Origin: Methylococcaceae bacterium UBA2778
Lineage (GTDB): Bacteria; Pseudomonadota; Gammaproteobacteria; Methylococcales; UBA2778
NCBI GenBank assembly: GCA_002352385.1
Contig: DEII01000063.1
Coordinates: 13,575 to 68,604, forward strand
DNA: 55,030 nt
Reading direction: 5' to 3'
Shown: one piece after another, positions 36,095-44,014 of the stretch
Layout: every line of letters begins with the position of its first letter
Numbering within the stretch: the stretch's first letter is position 1
The notes under the pieces: generated by a model
What the model saw: only the letters and a program-made list of their open reading frames with translations
What the model was told of the DNA's origin: nothing
Databases searched by the model: none
Translations under genes and position numbers: made by a program

Positions 36095-37750
36095 CTATCC
36101 GTGGCTCATGGCTCTGCTGGGTAGCTGCAACGGCCCCGGTTCGGTGGACTCTTGCTCTTCGGCTGCGGGTTGCGCCTTGAAGATCTTGATTTGTTGCTGC
36201 TGCTCGAGATCGGCGTTCCTGGCGCGCAAAGCGTGAATCGTCGATTCCAATTCAGCGATGATTTCTGTTTTTTCGGTCAGTCGATCGTTTAGGGATTGAC
36301 GCTCCGCCACGGCCGCATCGAGTTGCTCCTGAAGCGACCCGAGTGACTCCGCCGCTTCCAGCCGGTATTGTTGAATCTGGGTTCTCAGAGCTATCCGTTC
36401 TTCCTCCAATGCTTTAATGCGTTTTTTCAGCGCGGCGGGCTGTTCCGATGAATCGACGGTCGCGGCCGGCACGACTGCAGGATTCGGCAGTTCCCGCGGG
36501 TCCGTCTCATGGGCTTCTTCCAGCTCCGCGGCCGAGCCGTCAATGGCTCGCCCAGCTTCTTTTTCAGGGTGTTGCCCGCGTGAAGAGCGGCGTCCGCGGG
36601 CGATCTCCAGCTGTTTCCCGGGGGGAGCGGCTTTCGTGTGTGAGCCGGATGATTGCGAAGGTGCCGCGCGACTCTTGATCGTTTCGTTGCGCGGGGCGAT
36701 GACAAAATATTCATCGGGGATTTTGTTCAGTCCGTCTTTGAGCACGACGGCATGAAAGCCGTTTTTGATAAGGATAAACACTGCCGTTTCGCTGATTTTG
36801 CCGCTGTCACAAACAACGGTGTGCTGTCTGTTTTTTTCGAGCTCGTTAAGTTGCATCGGTAGTGAGAAAAACGGGATGTTGACACTGCCTCGCAGATGCT
36901 TTTTCTCGAACGCCTCGGGAGGGCGCACATCGAGGAGCGTGCTCTGTTCGGAAGCTTCCTGGCGGGCGGTTTCGAAATCGATCGATCGAATCAGCGGTTC
37001 CTTGATCGATTGCAGGAACCGTTCGCGATCGAGGCGCAATAATATGCCGTCGGTCGACATGGTGGCGCTTACCTGACTCGGTTCCGCTGAAATCAATGCC
37101 TCTTCACCGAAGGCATTACAGGCTTTGAGTCGTGCCAGTACGATTTCCCTGGCGTGTTCGGCCGGCTTGCGCGAAAGGGCGCAACGCCCTTTCTTTATAA
37201 TGTAGTAATAGTCGGCCGGTTTGCCTTGTTCGAGAATGCGGCGGCCCGATTTGACGCGAACTTCTTCCAGCTCGATCAGGACCTTTTGCAAATGGGCTGC
37301 CGGAATTTGCTGAAAAAGTGGCAGCCGGAGCAAAGCGGTCATCCAGTCATGGGGAGATTCCTGAGGAATATCGCCGACGTGGTAGCTGGCAGGTGGTTTT
37401 GAGATTTCGTCAGGGAAATGAAGAAAGCGAGGGTCGACACGGATGAATCGGACTTTGTTTTTCGCGATTGCGGAGACTTTTCGTGGGATCTGGTGGGCCA
37501 AGGCAAAACGGGCTGTTTCCGATCCGGCGTCGATGGTATCCATCTCGACTTCGCCGGCTCGGAGAACGATCTTGCCACCCAGCAAATAGACATAGTCGTT
37601 GCCCCGGTCGCCCTGATGAAAAAGAGTTGTACCGCGGGGTGCTTCTTCGACGCGGCATGCCGTGAGAAGCTCCTCGAAGCGCGACGCAGGCAATGTCGCC
37701 AGTGGAATCAGGCTGCGAATGATTTGAGAATCTCTGGAATCAATGGTCAT
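36095..37750 (-). CDS. signalling protein: two cyclic-nucleotide-binding-like domains + rhodanese domain + long C-terminal coiled coil
   Basis: cNMP-like segments are FHQGDRGNDYVYLLGGKIVL and LEQGKPADYYYIIKKGRCAL...FGEEALI. Rhodanese-like segment is LLDVRPPEAFEKKHLRGSVNIP...VVCDSG. The C-terminus has heptad-rich LEEERIALRTQIQQYRLEAAE.... Start is either ATG 37750 (MTIDSRD) or 37891. Confidence 0.65.
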   Translation of the reverse strand: MTIDSRDSQIIRSLIPLATLPASRFEELLTACRVEEAPRGTTLFHQGDRGNDYVYLLGGKIVLRAGEVEMDTIDAGSETARFALAHQIPRKVSAIAKNKVRFIRVDPRFLHFPDEISKPPASYHVGDIPQESPHDWMTALLRLPLFQQIPAAHLQKVLIELEEVRVKSGRRILEQGKPADYYYIIKKGRCALSRKPAEHAREIVLARLKACNAFGEEALISAEPSQVSATMSTDGILLRLDRERFLQSIKEPLIRSIDFETARQEASEQSTLLDVRPPEAFEKKHLRGSVNIPFFSLPMQLNELEKNRQHTVVCDSGKISETAVFILIKNGFHAVVLKDGLNKIPDEYFVIAPRNETIKSRAAPSQSSGSHTKAAPPGKQLEIARGRRSSRGQHPEKEAGRAIDGSAAELEEAHETDPRELPNPAVVPAATVDSSEQPAALKKRIKALEEERIALRTQIQQYRLEAAESLGSLQEQLDAAVAERQSLNDRLTEKTEIIAELESTIHALRARNADLEQQQQIKIFKAQPAAEEQESTEPGPLQLPSRAMSHG

Positions 37751-37960
37751 TCGAACATACGGGATCTTATTATTCGTGTTCTGCGTGGGGGATTGGGGCG
37801 CCTGCCGCTCACGAATGGCAGCAGGCGCCTCTCGCCGGTTCTGAAAGGGGCACAGGTCAATGCCCGGTGTATTTCTGAAGTCGGTGCCCATATAATATAG
37901 CCTATCCTCGAGAAGCTATTTGTGCGCCTGTATGACACTTCGTCATTTCTAGAAAAAGCT

Positions 37961-39310
37961 ATGCTAGGCAACATCCGACATCGATTCCTGTTCATCGGGC
38001 TTCTGCTGCTGGCACCGTGTATCAACGCAGCGCTCCCGGCCGCGATTGATGGCTATGCGCTGCCTTCTCTGGCGCCGATGTTGGAGCGGGCCATGCCGGC
38101 GGTGGTCAATATATCGACGCGAACGGAGATCCAGATGCGTGAACATCCGCTGATGCGTGATCCACTGTTCCGCCATTTTTTCGGCATTCCGGAGCAGCCG
38201 TCGAAGCGCCATCGACACAGCCTCGGCTCCGGTGTGATTATCGATGCACGGCGCGGCTATGTGTTGACCAACAATCATGTGATCGACAAGGCCGATGAGA
38301 TCATGGTCACCCTGCAGGATGGAAGGCAGCTCAACGCCAAGCTGGTGGGAACCGACCCGGCGTCGGATATTGCGGTGATTCAGATCCCGACGGACCATTT
38401 GACGGAAACACCCATCGCCGATTCCGATCGTTTGCGGGTCGGTGATTTCGTGGTGGCGATCGGCAACCCTTTCGGTCTCGGTCAGACAGCCACATCCGGT
38501 ATTATCAGCGCACTGGGCCGGTCCGGGCTGGGCATAGAAGGCTACGAGGATTTTATTCAGACCGATGCTTCGATCAATCCCGGCAATTCGGGCGGTGCAT
38601 TGGTGAATCTTCGCGGCGAGCTGATCGGGATCAACACTGCGATTCTCGCTCCGAGCGGCGGCAACGTTGGGATCGGTTTCGCCATCCCTTCCAATATGGC
38701 GATCAAACTCAAGAATTCGCTGGTCCGGCATGGTGAAGTGCGGCGCGGTCTGTTGGGGGTGACCGTGCAGGATCTGACGCCGGAGCTGGTCAGGGCTTTT
38801 GGGCTTTCCCGGAAGCACGGCGCTATGATCAGCAGAGTCGATGCCGGCTCGCCCGCCGAACGAGCCGGCCTGGAGCCGGGCGATGTTATCATTTCGGTGA
38901 ACGGCCGACGGGTAAAAAACAGCTCGGCTCTGCACAATGCCATCGGTTTGCTGCAGATTGGCGATCGGGTTCGGCTGGAGGTGATTCATGACGGCCAAAA
39001 GCACATCCGCACGGCTGTCATCGGCAAACCGAGTATTCCCGGATTGGCAGGAAAATCATTTCACCCGGCTTTGGCCGGGACTGTGCTGAGCTCCACCTCC
39101 CGCAGTCAGGTCGATGGGATTCTGATCGCCAAGGTTCGGACATCTTCACATGCTTGGCGTGCGGGGCTGCGTCCGGGCGACATTATCGTCATTGCCAACC
39201 GCTACCGAGTCAAAAACCTCGATGAGTTCCGCGCGGCCATTGACCTGCGCAGCGCTTTGATGTTGAATGTGCAGCGCGGCAGCGAAGCGTTTTTTGTGAT
39301 ACTTCGCTGA
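37961..39310 (+). CDS. degQ: periplasmic serine endoprotease DegP/DegQ family (two PDZ domains)
   Basis: Signal peptide MLGNIRHRFLFIGLLLLAPCINA. Catalytic motifs TNNHV and GNSGGAL. Two PDZ-like repeats. Confidence 0.9.
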   Translation: MLGNIRHRFLFIGLLLLAPCINAALPAAIDGYALPSLAPMLERAMPAVVNISTRTEIQMREHPLMRDPLFRHFFGIPEQPSKRHRHSLGSGVIIDARRGYVLTNNHVIDKADEIMVTLQDGRQLNAKLVGTDPASDIAVIQIPTDHLTETPIADSDRLRVGDFVVAIGNPFGLGQTATSGIISALGRSGLGIEGYEDFIQTDASINPGNSGGALVNLRGELIGINTAILAPSGGNVGIGFAIPSNMAIKLKNSLVRHGEVRRGLLGVTVQDLTPELVRAFGLSRKHGAMISRVDAGSPAERAGLEPGDVIISVNGRRVKNSSALHNAIGLLQIGDRVRLEVIHDGQKHIRTAVIGKPSIPGLAGKSFHPALAGTVLSSTSRSQVDGILIAKVRTSSHAWRAGLRPGDIIVIANRYRVKNLDEFRAAIDLRSALMLNVQRGSEAFFVILR

Positions 39311-39314
39311 ACCG

Positions 39315-39713
39315 ATGACAAAAGAGAGGCATCTTTCGCGCTCCAGACCGGCCGCTGTCACGGTGTTATGCGTTATTCTGTTTATGATCGGCATATCGCA
39401 GACGGTACACGCGTTTGCCGCGTTCGCGATCCATCCCACAGGAAGCACCTTGTATGGCATTCTTTTCAGTGCCGCAACGCTGGTTGCATACTATGGCCTT
39501 TGGAGCATGCGCCGCTGGAGTGTTGTTCTGCTTGTCGTTGCGTGGAGCATCAACATCTTCATTTTGGCCGTCATGGACTCCGACAGTTCCTTTTTGGTCC
39601 AGTTTCGGTTCTGGGTGTGTGTGATTATACTGGCCGCCTCTCTCGCGGTGGTTTTGCCGCACTGGAGTTCCTTCAAAACGCCTCAGCCGGAGGGAGTCAA
39701 TGACAGTGACTAG
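39315..39713 (+). CDS. hypothetical integral membrane protein (about 4 TM)
   Basis: 132 aa with four hydrophobic stretches. No recognisable family. Overlaps moaB by 14 nt. Confidence 0.45.
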   Translation: MTKERHLSRSRPAAVTVLCVILFMIGISQTVHAFAAFAIHPTGSTLYGILFSAATLVAYYGLWSMRRWSVVLLVVAWSINIFILAVMDSDSSFLVQFRFWVCVIILAASLAVVLPHWSSFKTPQPEGVNDSD

Positions 39714-40236
39714 GAGTGACGGCGCACGCGAATTCCGCTCTTTGAACATTGCCGTGCTGGTGGTTTCCGACACGCGTACCGAAGCGGATGACCGCTCCGG
39801 AAAAACCTTGGCCGAGCGGCTGCTGAAGTCCGGCCACACGCTGGCTGAAAAGCGCATCGTCCCTGACAACGTCTACCGGATTCGAGCGGTGGTGTCGCAA
39901 TGGATTGCCGATGAAGCGGTGCAGGCGGTCATTACCACCGGCGGCACCGGCGTGACCGGACGGGATGGAACGCCGGAAGCGGTGGCGCCTCTGTTCGACA
40001 AGACCCTGGACGGTTTCGGCGAGCTGTTTCGGGCGCTCTCTTTTCAGGAGATCAAGACATCGACGATGCAATCCCGGGCGCTCGCCGGGGTTGCCAATGG
40101 AACCTATATTTTCTGCCTTCCCGGCTCCTCCGGCGCCTGCCACACCGCCTGGGACCAGTTGATCAAGGAGCAGCTCGATTATCGCACCAGGCCGTGCAAC
40201 TTGGTCGAGCTGATGTCGCGTCTGCGCGAGGTGTGA
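39700..40236 (+). CDS. moaB: molybdenum cofactor biosynthesis protein B
   Basis: 178 aa. NIAVLVVSDTR...ITTGGTGVTGRDGTPEA is MoaB/MogA-like. Confidence 0.85.
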   Translation: MTVTRSDGAREFRSLNIAVLVVSDTRTEADDRSGKTLAERLLKSGHTLAEKRIVPDNVYRIRAVVSQWIADEAVQAVITTGGTGVTGRDGTPEAVAPLFDKTLDGFGELFRALSFQEIKTSTMQSRALAGVANGTYIFCLPGSSGACHTAWDQLIKEQLDYRTRPCNLVELMSRLREV

Positions 40237-40238
40237 CC

Positions 40239-40613
40239 GTGTACCAAACCTTTCTCTTTCTCGCAGCAAGCGCTGCTTTGCTCGCTGTCGCCATGGGCGC
40301 GTTCGGCGCCCATGCGCTGCGTGCTGCACTGACCGCCGACATGATGACAGTCTATTATACCGCCGTGAACTACCATATGTGGCACGCGCTCGGGCTGGGC
40401 CTGGTCGCGGCATTGAGTCTTCATTATCCGCATTCGCTGCTGCTGCGTTGGGCCGGCTGGCTGATGTGTGTCGGCATCGTGCTCTTTTCCGGCAGCCTCT
40501 ATGCGCTCAGCATCAGCGGCATCAAGTGGCTGGGCGCCATCACTCCGCTCGGCGGCAGCGCCTTTTTGATCGCCTGGCTGTTGCTTGCGCTCTTTGCCCT
40601 GCGATTACCTTGA
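40239..40613 (+). CDS. DUF423 (YgdD-like) membrane protein
   Basis: AMGAFGAHAL...YHMWHALGL...FSGSLY pattern. A GTG start at 40239, just after the moaB stop, is preferred to the track start at 40194. Confidence 0.7.
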   Translation: MYQTFLFLAASAALLAVAMGAFGAHALRAALTADMMTVYYTAVNYHMWHALGLGLVAALSLHYPHSLLLRWAGWLMCVGIVLFSGSLYALSISGIKWLGAITPLGGSAFLIAWLLLALFALRLP

Positions 40614-40627
40614 ACCGAACCCTATCC

Positions 40628-43279
40628 ATGCGTGACGCAAACCCAAAAACGACCTATCTGAAAGATTACACGCCGCCCGATTATCTGATCGACGCGGTCG
40701 ATCTGCACTGTTCGCTGGATGAAGAGGAGACGCAGGTGCAGGCACGGCTGACGATTCGGAAAAACCCCGATGCACCCATAGGTCCGGCACCGCTGGAGCT
40801 GGTCGGTGAAGAACTGATGCTCGAATCGGTCCGTCTCGACGGGCGGGCTCTGACATCGGCGGAGTATCAGCTGGGCAAAGCGGCCCTGGTGGTGCCGACC
40901 GTTCCATCCGACCGGGCCTTCGTTGTCGAGATCGAAACGCGGATCAACCCAAAGGCCAATACCGCGCTCGAAGGGCTCTATCTCTCCAACGGCATGTTGT
41001 GCACCCAGTGCGAAGCCGAGGGCTTTCGCAGGATTACCTATTTTCTCGACCGGCCCGATGTGATGGCGCGCTACACGACGACCTTGAGCGCCGACAAGAG
41101 CCGTTTTCCGGTGCTGCTTTCCAACGGCAACAAAGTGGGGGAGGGGGAGCTCGACAACAACCGCCATTGGGTCAGTTGGTCCGATCCCTACAAGAAGCCG
41201 AGCTATCTGTTCGCACTGGTCGCCGGGCGGCTCGAGTGCCTCGCCGATGCCTATACCACCGGTTTCGGACGCACCATCGACCTGCGCATCTATGTCGAGC
41301 CGCACGATCTCGACAAATGCGGTCACGCCATGCAGTCGTTGAAGAACGCCATGGCCTGGGACGAAGCAGTCTATGGCCGGGAGTATGATCTCGATCTCTA
41401 TATGATCGTCGCCGTCGGTCACTTCAACATGGGAGCGATGGAAAACAAGGGACTGAACATTTTCAATACCAAATATGTGCTCGCCCGGCCCGATACCGCG
41501 ACCGATGCCGATTACGAGCAGATCGAAGGAGTGATCGGCCACGAATATTTTCACAATTGGACCGGCAACCGGATCACCTGCCGCGACTGGTTTCAGCTGA
41601 GCCTGAAAGAGGGGCTGACGGTGTTTCGCGATCAGGAGTTCACCGCCGACCGGACATCGCGGGCGGTCAAGCGAATCACCGACGTGAACATACTGCGCAC
41701 GCGGCAGTTTCCGGAGGACGCAGGTCCGCTGGCGCATCCGGTGCGCCCCGACTCCTACATCGAAATCAACAATTTCTACACGGCGACCGTCTACGAAAAA
41801 GGCGCCGAAGTAGTGCGGATGATTCACACGTTGCTGGGGACGGAAGGGTTCCGCAAAGGGATCGATCTCTATTTTGAGAGGCACGACGGCCAGGCGGTCA
41901 CCACCGATGATTTCGTCAAAGCGATGGAAGATGCCAACCAGGTCGATTTGACCCAATTCCGGCGTTGGTACAGCCAAGCGGGCACGCCGGAGCTGCAGGT
42001 GGAAGTAGCTTACGATTTATCGGCACGGTCTTTGACATTGACGGTGCGGCAGGAGTGTCCGCCGACGCCCGGTCAGCCCGAGAAGGAGCCGTACTATATG
42101 CCGTTGACGCTTGGGCTGATTGCGCCGGACGGTTCGGATTTTCCGGTTCGGTTGCGGGGGGAGGCGGACGCTGCGTCGCAGAAAGTGCTGCATCTGACCG
42201 AGCGGAGGCAGCAGTTCCGCCTGATCGATCTGCCGGAGAAACCGGTGGTTTCGATATTACGCGGCTTTTCCGCTCCGGTCAAGCTGCAGATGCAGCGCGG
42301 CCTGGAAGAGCTCGCCTTTTTATTGAGCCATGACAGCGATCCGTTCAATCGCTGGGAAGCCGGGCAGCAGCTGGCGAGTCGAATCATTCTGCGACGCGTC
42401 GAACGGATTCAGACCGGTGCGGCGCCCGGCCCGGTCGACGAGCGGTTGATCGGTGCCTTTCGCGCTGTCGTGGGGGAACCCCCGCAGGATCTGTCGTATT
42501 TCGCGCTTCTGCTCACTCCGCCTTCGGAATCCTACCTTGGCGAACTGATGGCGGTCATCGACGTGGAAGCGATCCATGATGCGCGTCAACAGGTCAACCA
42601 GGCGTTGGCGGAGGCGCTGCGGGAGGAGTGGGAGTCGCTTTATCATCGGCACCACCGCAGCGAACCAGGCCGTTTCGATGCAGCAGCGATCGGCGGGCGC
42701 GCGCTGAAAAACGTCGCTCTCGCCTATCTGGTCGAACTGGCGGAGCCGGCGATCGATGCACTGTGCGAACGGCAATTCCATGACGCGCGGACGATGACCG
42801 ACCAGCTTGCCGCGCTCTCGGCGATGGTCAACAGCTGCCATCCGGGCAAAGCGGACTGTCTGTTCGCATTTCATGACCAATGGAAAGAGGAATCGCTGGT
42901 GATCGACAAATGGTTTGCATTGCAGGCGACCAGTCGGATGTCCGGCACCCGGGCGGTGGTTGAGCGGCTGCTCGACCATCCGGCGTTCGATCTGCGCAAC
43001 CCGAATCGCGTCCGGGCGCTGGTGGGCGCCTTTTCACAAGCCAATGCGCTGCATTTTCACGCTGCCGACGGAGGTGGTTATCGCTTTCTGGGTGATCGGA
43101 TTATTGCTCTGGACCGCATCAATCCGCAGCTGGCGGCACGCTTGTTGTCACCATTGAGCCACTGGCGCCGCTACGATCAAAATCGCCGCAGATTGATGAA
43201 GCGGCAGCTCGAGCGGATCGTCGGGACGAAGGCGGTCTCCAAAGACGTTTATGAAGTTGCGACCAAAAGTCTGGCGTAG
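40628..43279 (+). CDS. pepN: aminopeptidase N
   Basis: 883 aa from the ATG at 40628. GAMEN exopeptidase motif and HEYFHNWTGNR...E zinc site. N-terminus MRDANPKTTYLKDYTPPDY is typical of PepN. Confidence 0.95.
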   Translation: MRDANPKTTYLKDYTPPDYLIDAVDLHCSLDEEETQVQARLTIRKNPDAPIGPAPLELVGEELMLESVRLDGRALTSAEYQLGKAALVVPTVPSDRAFVVEIETRINPKANTALEGLYLSNGMLCTQCEAEGFRRITYFLDRPDVMARYTTTLSADKSRFPVLLSNGNKVGEGELDNNRHWVSWSDPYKKPSYLFALVAGRLECLADAYTTGFGRTIDLRIYVEPHDLDKCGHAMQSLKNAMAWDEAVYGREYDLDLYMIVAVGHFNMGAMENKGLNIFNTKYVLARPDTATDADYEQIEGVIGHEYFHNWTGNRITCRDWFQLSLKEGLTVFRDQEFTADRTSRAVKRITDVNILRTRQFPEDAGPLAHPVRPDSYIEINNFYTATVYEKGAEVVRMIHTLLGTEGFRKGIDLYFERHDGQAVTTDDFVKAMEDANQVDLTQFRRWYSQAGTPELQVEVAYDLSARSLTLTVRQECPPTPGQPEKEPYYMPLTLGLIAPDGSDFPVRLRGEADAASQKVLHLTERRQQFRLIDLPEKPVVSILRGFSAPVKLQMQRGLEELAFLLSHDSDPFNRWEAGQQLASRIILRRVERIQTGAAPGPVDERLIGAFRAVVGEPPQDLSYFALLLTPPSESYLGELMAVIDVEAIHDARQQVNQALAEALREEWESLYHRHHRSEPGRFDAAAIGGRALKNVALAYLVELAEPAIDALCERQFHDARTMTDQLAALSAMVNSCHPGKADCLFAFHDQWKEESLVIDKWFALQATSRMSGTRAVVERLLDHPAFDLRNPNRVRALVGAFSQANALHFHAADGGGYRFLGDRIIALDRINPQLAARLLSPLSHWRRYDQNRRRLMKRQLERIVGTKAVSKDVYEVATKSLA

Positions 43280-43285
43280 ATTGAG

Positions 43286-43810
43286 ATGAACATCCGCCGT
43301 TTCATTTGGACGACGCGGCTATTGTCGGACAAAAAGCGCCTCGAATGGTACCCGCCGTTATGGATGATGCGCGTCAAAGTGCTCGAGCTGAGCGACGATT
43401 GGCGTGGTATTCGCATCAGGCTGCCGCAGACCTGGTTGTCCAGGAACCGCGGCGGCAGCCTGTTTGGCGGTTTTCAGGCCTGTCTGGCCGATCCGATTGC
43501 AGCGATGGCGTGTGTCAAACTCTTTCCCGACCGGGCGGTCTGGACGCGTGGCTTGTCGCTGGACTTTCAGATCGAAGGCAACACCGACCTGGAGCTGATA
43601 TTTCGCTTTTCCGCCGAGCAGGAACGAAAGATACGACAGGAGTTGAACGTAAAAGGGCGAAGCACGCCGACCTTCGAGTACGGCTATTATCGGACCGACG
43701 GCAGGCTCTGCACCAGAATCGAGGCGACCGTGGCGATTCGCCCGAAAGGCTACAAGAAACCGGTCAAACCACGCGGAGCCGATGGCGGGACGAGCAGGAG
43801 AGCTGAATAA
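43286..43810 (+). CDS. hotdog-fold (PaaI/YiiD_C/DUF4442-like) protein
   Basis: 174 aa. ...NRGGSLFGGFQACLADPIAAM... resembles the thioesterase hotdog core. Assignment is tentative. Confidence 0.45.
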   Translation: MNIRRFIWTTRLLSDKKRLEWYPPLWMMRVKVLELSDDWRGIRIRLPQTWLSRNRGGSLFGGFQACLADPIAAMACVKLFPDRAVWTRGLSLDFQIEGNTDLELIFRFSAEQERKIRQELNVKGRSTPTFEYGYYRTDGRLCTRIEATVAIRPKGYKKPVKPRGADGGTSRRAE

Positions 43811-44014
43811 TCGTCGGGGCTCAACGGCTGTTTTGTCGAACGAAGGTGAGAATTATCGTAAACTTGTTCGTGAGGGTCGACGGTGTATCCGGACGACAAG
43901 CACCGCTGGCGGTCTTGAAGCAGCGCAAGCCGTAAACCGACAACCGTGAAGGGATACTCGTTTTGAGGGCAGTACCTCAATCATCATACAGGCAACACTC
44001 ATAGAGAGGATATT

